From: an uncultured virus (IMG/VR IMGVR_UViG_3300042503_002084)
Lineage: Duplodnaviria > Heunggongvirae > Uroviricota > Caudoviricetes
IMG/VR virus record: IMGVR_UViG_3300042503_002084
Direction: 5' to 3' (one strand)
DNA length: 64,000 nucleotides
Made by a program: the position numbers and the translations under genes. Below the pieces are notes generated by a model. The model was given only the letters and a program-made list of their open reading frames with translations. It ran no database searches and had not been told where the DNA came from. Shown here in pieces: positions 58,779 to 64,000 of this stretch. Positions within the stretch are counted from its first letter, which is position 1. The number at the start of each line of letters is the position of its first letter.

Positions 58779-59018
58779 ATGAAACCAAGAAAATTGACGC
58801 TTGAAAACTTAAAAGAAATAAGAAATAACACTTCACTAGAAACTAGTATCAGAATTGGATTAACAATGGCTGATTATGATAACTGGGATAATGGTGATTA
58901 CAATGGAGATAGAGAACTAATTAATAGACAAGTTGACATTGTGTTGTCTAATATAGAAGAGTGGGTGAAAAACAATTATGTTAATCCAATAAGAAAAAAA
59001 GATGAAAAGGTCCACTAA
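58779..59018 (+). CDS. Hypothetical protein
   Basis: Tightly packed ORF. Confidence 0.55.
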   Translation: MKPRKLTLENLKEIRNNTSLETSIRIGLTMADYDNWDNGDYNGDRELINRQVDIVLSNIEEWVKNNYVNPIRKKDEKVH

Positions 59019-59199
59019 AAACGAAAAAACATATACCGAACTTGATTATAGACGGTATATGAGAGTAATAAATACAGTTATAATGCATACCGAGGGTGGT
59101 ATGCGATCACTTGAACGTAATAAGAAAATTAGTTCATTATCATATGACCAATGGGTTGATTGGCAACAGGGTAAGTTAAAAATAGAAGATGTAAAATAA
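59002..59199 (+). CDS. Hypothetical protein
   Basis: Tightly packed ORF. Confidence 0.5.
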   Translation: MKRSTKNEKTYTELDYRRYMRVINTVIMHTEGGMRSLERNKKISSLSYDQWVDWQQGKLKIEDVK

Positions 59200-59206
59200 A
59201 AAAACT

Positions 59207-59497
59207 ATGATACGAATAAACGATATTGATATCTACAGAGATGGCGGAAGTGTTGGTATTTTCGGTTATGTTAGTCATAACGGTTTAGAAAAATCATCTT
59301 TCGTCGCACCTAGAGAACCTATTATTGTAATTGATAATTCAATCGGTACAACTACTCCAGGTGAGTGGTATCTAGGTTGGAAAGATAAAGGTGCTCAATT
59401 AATTCAAGATGAGGAATTTAAAAGTTTGGTGAAACAATCAATTCAAACTCAGGTTAACCACCTATTAAGAATGTTAGAAAAAATTAATAATTTATAA
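59207..59497 (+). CDS. Hypothetical protein
   Basis: YRDGGS motif; tightly packed ORF. Confidence 0.6.
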   Translation: MIRINDIDIYRDGGSVGIFGYVSHNGLEKSSFVAPREPIIVIDNSIGTTTPGEWYLGWKDKGAQLIQDEEFKSLVKQSIQTQVNHLLRMLEKINNL

Positions 59498-59498
59498 T

Positions 59499-59744
59499 AT
59501 GAACAACAGAGAAATGAAAATATCTGCAACAGGTCGTGAGTACTATGTGCTGAATAAAGATGAGGTAAAAGAATTAAATGAAGGTGTTGCACACATGCAA
59601 TATGTTAAAGGCATGTTGGAGTGGGATGATGATAGTAAATATCTTCTCGTTCCAGGCACTGGATCATTTGTTTTAAAAGGAAGTGTAAATGAATCTGATG
59701 ATGAGATATTGGGGGATTGGTTAAATCATTCAATTTACAAATAA
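59499..59744 (+). CDS. Hypothetical protein
   Basis: Tightly packed ORF. Confidence 0.55.
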   Translation: MNNREMKISATGREYYVLNKDEVKELNEGVAHMQYVKGMLEWDDDSKYLLVPGTGSFVLKGSVNESDDEILGDWLNHSIYK

Positions 59745-59971
59745 TGGAAGGAAGATTAAGTTACACAAACAATCACTGGATTGTAAATTATTCAAAATGT
59801 ATTCCTGGGAGAATGACGAAAGAATGGGGGTATGAACTACCTTTACATCCAGCCAATGTTCAATTATTCAATGAATGGGCGTTGGTTTTTGACAATGTGG
59901 AAGCAAGAATACTAACGAGTCCGGATGTTAATTTTGAGATTGTGGATGAGTGCGCAAAACTTATATTATGA
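59744..59971 (+). CDS. Hypothetical protein
   Basis: Likely ATG at 59744, overlapping the upstream TAA. Confidence 0.55.
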   Translation: MEGRLSYTNNHWIVNYSKCIPGRMTKEWGYELPLHPANVQLFNEWALVFDNVEARILTSPDVNFEIVDECAKLIL

Positions 59972-60213
59972 AATTAAAATACATCATGACTGAGTATGGT
60001 CCGGTGATCTTCCCAACCATGTTAATCCATTCAGAGGTTGCGGAGGGTTTGGGGAATATAGATTCCGCCGGGTTTGTTTATGTCGACTACAATAAGGAAG
60101 AAGATCGTTTTGATTGCAAACCGTTCGGTGAGAGCATTTCCGTGGGAGTAGCATCAAAAGAAAATGATAAAGCAAAACTAGATAAAATATTCAATGAAGA
60201 AGATTCTTTCTAA
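59968..60213 (+). CDS. Phage hypothetical protein
   Basis: PVIFP..L.H....SAGFV...C..FGESIS motif. ATGA overlap with the upstream ORF. Confidence 0.65.
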   Translation: MKLKYIMTEYGPVIFPTMLIHSEVAEGLGNIDSAGFVYVDYNKEEDRFDCKPFGESISVGVASKENDKAKLDKIFNEEDSF

Positions 60214-60541
60214 ATTCACAAAAGACAGGAAAAAACATTTCTATAGAATGGTAAAGGAGTATGAGGATGCAACTGCGCTAGAGATATGGGAAGGGATTAG
60301 GGATAACTTCTTATTTGGGTTTATAGCGGCAACCATTATTGTATTTGTATCATCAAAGAATGATTATGCGGTATTTGGTGCGTACATAACGTACTATTAT
60401 ATGTTGGGGAGGATTCAAAACCGTCCAAGATATGTCACCTCACTGGGGAAACTCATAGTATTCCCAATACCGTCCGCCGTAGGCGCTTTCGCGGGGTATA
60501 AGTTGTCCTATGTATTCCAGACACTGATAGGGCATATATAA
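60194..60541 (+). CDS. Small membrane protein
   Basis: Three TM segments. Confidence 0.6.
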   Translation: MKKILSKFTKDRKKHFYRMVKEYEDATALEIWEGIRDNFLFGFIAATIIVFVSSKNDYAVFGAYITYYYMLGRIQNRPRYVTSLGKLIVFPIPSAVGAFAGYKLSYVFQTLIGHI

Positions 60542-60598
60542 TGTTCCCCTACCCTATTTCCGCGGGTAGAACTACAATATAAAGGATATTTATATCTT

Positions 60599-61888
60599 AT
60601 GAAGAAGATTATTATTACTGAGAGTCAATTACAGACAATATTCCTAAATTTAAAAGAAGCAGAAGAAAGTAGAAAGGATATTATTCTATATGAAGATGAG
60701 AATGTAAAGTTTACGATTAATGTGGACGCTAAAGCAAATGAGGTGGTTATACCTATGGGGGATACCAAAAATGTGGGGATAAAGGTATTCAATAAGAGTG
60801 ACGCCTATATGGTATTAACCGCCAAAGGTAGTGAAGATTGGGGATATCGCGGGGAAAGTGATTTAACGTCCCCTAAACAACCAATTAAACCTAACGACTT
60901 TAAGTATATGTACTTTACGGTAGACGGAACTAGACAAAAATTGGGTGGGTATAATAGATCTGTTTTATATGTTACCTATATTACTAAGAAACTAACTAAA
61001 GAAGTAAAATTATCGGTTGCTTGGACTAGTTCAAGTCAAGAACAAACTGTTAACTATTGTAAACAGAAGTTTAATAATACGGAATTTCAGAATGCGAAAA
61101 CATTCTTATTAAACTGGCTAAAGGATCCTGTTACAATAAAGAAGTATATGAAAAACTGGGAATTACCTTTACCCGAGGTTCAAGATATATTCAATGACTA
61201 TAATAACACAATAAAGAACGCATACTTAGAATATGTCTCAAAACCTAAAGAATGGTTCTTGGCTAGGGTAGTAAGTAAGGGTTATAATGTTCTATTCAAC
61301 ACATCCAAAGGGGCACCAATAGAAATAAATTGTGTTCAAAGTATGTTGGATGATCATAAAGAAAGTGTGAAATCAATCCTTGTACATGAAATGCAACATC
61401 TATTGAATTTAGTACACCCTTGGCAGCCGGATGATAAAAGTGCAACAGTATCTGGTGCAATAGCAGGTAAGAGTTCATCTATCTTAGGTAAACTAACCGC
61501 TTTAATCGCTAATAAACAAACACAAAAAAAGGACGCTATAATAGAAAGATTGGAAAAAGATGGTTTTGAAACTTATAAAGCATACGATATAGCATCCCAG
61601 TATGAACGTCTAGCAACAGACGATGATCGCGCTAACTACACAACAAGACCTAATGAATTGTCTTCATTCATTTTAGGTTTTAGACAACAAATGAAATTAC
61701 AACCAGGACAAGACATCACCCCAGAACAAATTATTAATAGCAAAAATGATGCGCAAGGGTATTGGTTGTTAATGTTTTATCTTAGAAGCGGATTACCTTT
61801 GGTTACATTCTTATCTATGATTAATTCATATGCGGATGCAAATTTATCCGCAACAGGAAGAAAAGACGATACAGCCAACGCGGTTTAG
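60599..61888 (+). CDS. Protein with MKKIIITESQL leader and HExxH zincin motif
   Basis: ILVHEMQH and downstream Y...PNE. TATTTATA at 60587-60594. Confidence 0.7.
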   Translation: MKKIIITESQLQTIFLNLKEAEESRKDIILYEDENVKFTINVDAKANEVVIPMGDTKNVGIKVFNKSDAYMVLTAKGSEDWGYRGESDLTSPKQPIKPNDFKYMYFTVDGTRQKLGGYNRSVLYVTYITKKLTKEVKLSVAWTSSSQEQTVNYCKQKFNNTEFQNAKTFLLNWLKDPVTIKKYMKNWELPLPEVQDIFNDYNNTIKNAYLEYVSKPKEWFLARVVSKGYNVLFNTSKGAPIEINCVQSMLDDHKESVKSILVHEMQHLLNLVHPWQPDDKSATVSGAIAGKSSSILGKLTALIANKQTQKKDAIIERLEKDGFETYKAYDIASQYERLATDDDRANYTTRPNELSSFILGFRQQMKLQPGQDITPEQIINSKNDAQGYWLLMFYLRSGLPLVTFLSMINSYADANLSATGRKDDTANAV

Positions 61889-61907
61889 ATCACACATATT
61901 TATCTAC

Positions 61908-62600
61908 ATGAAAGTAGAAGCATTATTTATTTCCGATGTTCATCTCGGGTCCAAAGGATCAAACGCCGAAGGCGTTCTGGCGTTATTAAAGCGGTACGAA
62001 CCGCAAACATTATTCCTTGTGGGGGATATAATTGACGGCTGGCTTTTAAAAAGAAAGTTCCGTTGGCCCCAATCACACACGAATGTCATCAGGAAAATTC
62101 TCTCCTATTCCAAAAATAACACTAAGGTAATATACATTCCGGGGAACCACGACGAGTTCTTAAGGGATTATATTGAATATCATTTTGGGAATCTGGAGGT
62201 GCATAATGAGTACATCTGGAAGGATACATTCATAACCCACGGGGATTTATATGATGGTGTGGTTAAACTAAAGTGGTTGGGCGTCCTTGGAAGCATTGGA
62301 TATGATATGGCCATCTCCATTGACCGGACCTTAAAATCGCTGGGGATGAAACGCTCTTTATCTAAATTCTTAAAGAATAAGGTAAAGGAAGCGGTAAAGT
62401 TTATCACGTCTTTTGAGCACGAACTAATCCGCCAGGCGAAGAAACATAATTGCACCAATGTTATATGTGGTCACATTCATCACCCAGAGGATAGAATGAT
62501 AGATGGTGTCAGATATCTAAATTCCGGGGACTGGATTGAAAATAACTCCTATATTATATACAACGAAGGAAAATATCAATTACATGAATATAAAGGATAA
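61908..62600 (+). CDS. LpxH/PlcP-like metallophosphoesterase
   Basis: FISDVHLG, LVGDIIDGW, W.QSH.NVIRKIL, PGNHDE, HGD.YD, K.KVK.AV.FI, ICGHIH, NSGDW.E. ATG 4 nt after TATTTAT. Confidence 0.85.
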   Translation: MKVEALFISDVHLGSKGSNAEGVLALLKRYEPQTLFLVGDIIDGWLLKRKFRWPQSHTNVIRKILSYSKNNTKVIYIPGNHDEFLRDYIEYHFGNLEVHNEYIWKDTFITHGDLYDGVVKLKWLGVLGSIGYDMAISIDRTLKSLGMKRSLSKFLKNKVKEAVKFITSFEHELIRQAKKHNCTNVICGHIHHPEDRMIDGVRYLNSGDWIENNSYIIYNEGKYQLHEYKG

Positions 62601-63306
62601 ACTTACCATAGTAATTCCTTGTAGGAATGAAGAAAAGTATATAGAAAGAACAATAACTTCCATAGTAAAGCAATATGGTATAAAAGGTACTAGAGTAATA
62701 ATAGCAGATGCTAACTCTACAGATAATACTAGAAGTATAGTAGAATATCTCAAGAACACCTATAGGGATATTATCAACATAGAACTTATAGATGGAGGAA
62801 AGGTAGCGTATGGTAGAAATAAAGGTTCAGAACTTGTAAGTACCAAGTATATCTTATTCATGGATGCAGATGTGGTATTGTTAAATGAAAGGATAATAGA
62901 TAGTAGTGTATATAGAATGCAGCATGAACATCTAGATTTAATGACTAGTAAGATAAAGTCCTTAGGTAAGGATATACGAACAGCACTAATATTTCACCTA
63001 TTCAATCCCCTCAATAGGTTGATCTCCATAAAGACCCCCTTCGCAATTGGGACTTTCTTCTTAACCAAAACAGACGAATTCAGAAATAGAAATGGGTTCG
63101 ATGAAACCCTGCAACACTCAGAGGACTATGCACTATCTAGAACTTATAATCCTAGTAAGTTTAGAATATCGAAATACTATGTCGGTCAAGACGATAGAAG
63201 GTTTAAAAAGATGGGCTATATAGGAATGCTTAAACTAGTCATCCAGAATTATCTCCATAGGAATGATATAGAACACTACAGAAAAGACGTTAAGTACTGG
63301 GACTAA
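62584..63306 (+). CDS. Glycosyltransferase family 2
   Basis: IVIPCRNE, DANSTDNT, GRNKG, LFMDAD, GFDE..HSED, DRRF. Confidence 0.88.
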   Translation: MNIKDKLTIVIPCRNEEKYIERTITSIVKQYGIKGTRVIIADANSTDNTRSIVEYLKNTYRDIINIELIDGGKVAYGRNKGSELVSTKYILFMDADVVLLNERIIDSSVYRMQHEHLDLMTSKIKSLGKDIRTALIFHLFNPLNRLISIKTPFAIGTFFLTKTDEFRNRNGFDETLQHSEDYALSRTYNPSKFRISKYYVGQDDRRFKKMGYIGMLKLVIQNYLHRNDIEHYRKDVKYWD

Positions 63307-64000
63307 ACTTCCGACTTTGGCTCCGTTTTACTTCCGAGTTTGGCGTTCCTTCGGGTCTCATTTCGGGTCAAGCGAGGCCAACCGCCAGGTTGGGCGAGCG
63401 ATTAATTACTAGATAAAAACACCCCTAAAAAAGTCCCGTTTTTAGTGCTAATATCCGTACCTTTTTATCGTATGCGTATTTGACACCTAAATGTATGACA
63501 GAATGTCCATTTTTCCGCCTAGATGTATTACAATGTGGAAAAGTGGGAAAAAATGTTAATAAGTGGGAACTCCCTGGGGATTGACCCTTGACCGACTCAC
63601 GACCACATTTTCTAAAAATTTTTGTAATACCACGAAAATCAAGAATTAATTCCCCTCGCCGCCCCATAAAGGGGGTCGGCTCGGTGGCGCCCGTCATACG
63701 AAGTCCTAGTCATACAGCCAAATAAAGTTATCCACATATGTGGGTCATACACCCGGGTCAAGCGAGGCCCGAAGGGCCGAGCGTAATACTTGCTCCTTTA
63801 TAAAGTAATACGCTCGCCAGACCTTGCGGTCCGCCTCGCTCAGGTCCCGGACTTAGTTGCGGTCATACAGGGCGCACTAAAAACCCGGCCTTTCTGGACC
63901 GGGTCATACGAGCCCCGAAGGGGCGAGTACTTGCTCTATATAATGTCATACGGAATTAATCCTCATCCATAACATACGTACTGGTTCCCCAGTTACCTAT
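63307..64000. repeat. GC-richer non-coding repeat region (candidate origin/terminus)
   Basis: GTCATAC x6 plus one inverted copy, CGGGTCAAGCGAGGCC x2, four CGAG-hairpin-CGAG cassettes, ACTTCCGAnTTTGGC x2. Confidence 0.75.
63728..63736 (+). promoter_or_regulatory. Perfect DnaA box TTATCCACA
   Basis: Exact 9-mer, overlapping the palindrome CCACATATGTGG (63732-63743). Confidence 0.5.

Noticed and set aside
63425..63972. Short ORFs 63425-63697 (-) and 63790-63972 (+)
   Set aside because: Atypical composition, no motifs, and they overlap the hairpin and 7-mer repeats. Likely chance ORFs in GC-richer DNA.
1..64000. Stop-codon reassignment as in some large phages
   Set aside because: Recognisable enzymes are full length under the standard code, and genes end cleanly at TAA, TAG (e.g. 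15847) and TGA (e.g. 663).
1..64000. Bacterial chromosome (LPS/capsule locus plus housekeeping genes) as the source
   Set aside because: The S74 fibre, dense arrays of tiny hypothetical ORFs, lone metabolic genes stripped of their operons and the absence of polysaccharide export genes favour a large phage. No capsid or terminase gene is in the window, so this remains an inference.
1..64000. tRNA, rRNA, integrase or transposase genes
   Set aside because: None recognised by eye. tRNAscan, Infernal or HMM searches would be needed to exclude them formally.

Overview
AT-rich, gene-dense 64 kb segment that reads best as part of a large tailed dsDNA phage, with standard genetic code and no tRNA, rRNA or CRISPR seen. 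The host is probably a Bacteroidota, inferred from TTTG/TAnnTTTG-type promoters and the lack of obvious Shine-Dalgarno motifs. Layout: (1) 1-18.8 kb, a tail-fibre and surface-modification module with methyltransferases, an Aah/TibC-like O-heptosyltransferase fusion, a 1741-aa Gly-X-Ser repeat fibre with a Peptidase_S74 chaperone, three paralogous propeller-like proteins, a tryptophan-halogenase-like enzyme, a small membrane-uptake cassette and a 2OG-Fe(II) hydroxylase. (2) 18.8-28.7 kb, a minus-strand glycan biosynthesis operon. (3) 29-63.3 kb, many small genes plus thyA, a PduO-type cobalamin adenosyltransferase, two PcfJ-like proteins, IscA, SpeD-like, RNA-repair-type phosphoesterases, HldD, ferredoxin, a stand-alone DnaA domain IV, an ArdC-like protein and a PlcP/LpxH-like + GT2 pair, interspersed with five genes sharing an 'MKxIIxExQ' leader. 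(4) 63.3-64 kb, a GC-richer non-coding region with GTCATAC repeats, a DnaA box and repeated hairpin cassettes (candidate origin or terminus). Top leads: a phage-encoded heptosylation system for a collagen-like Ser/Thr fibre, a DIP1984-like gene followed by a putative structured ncRNA, and a leader-tagged protein set with a TATTTAT upstream motif. All product calls come from motif recognition by eye, not database searches.
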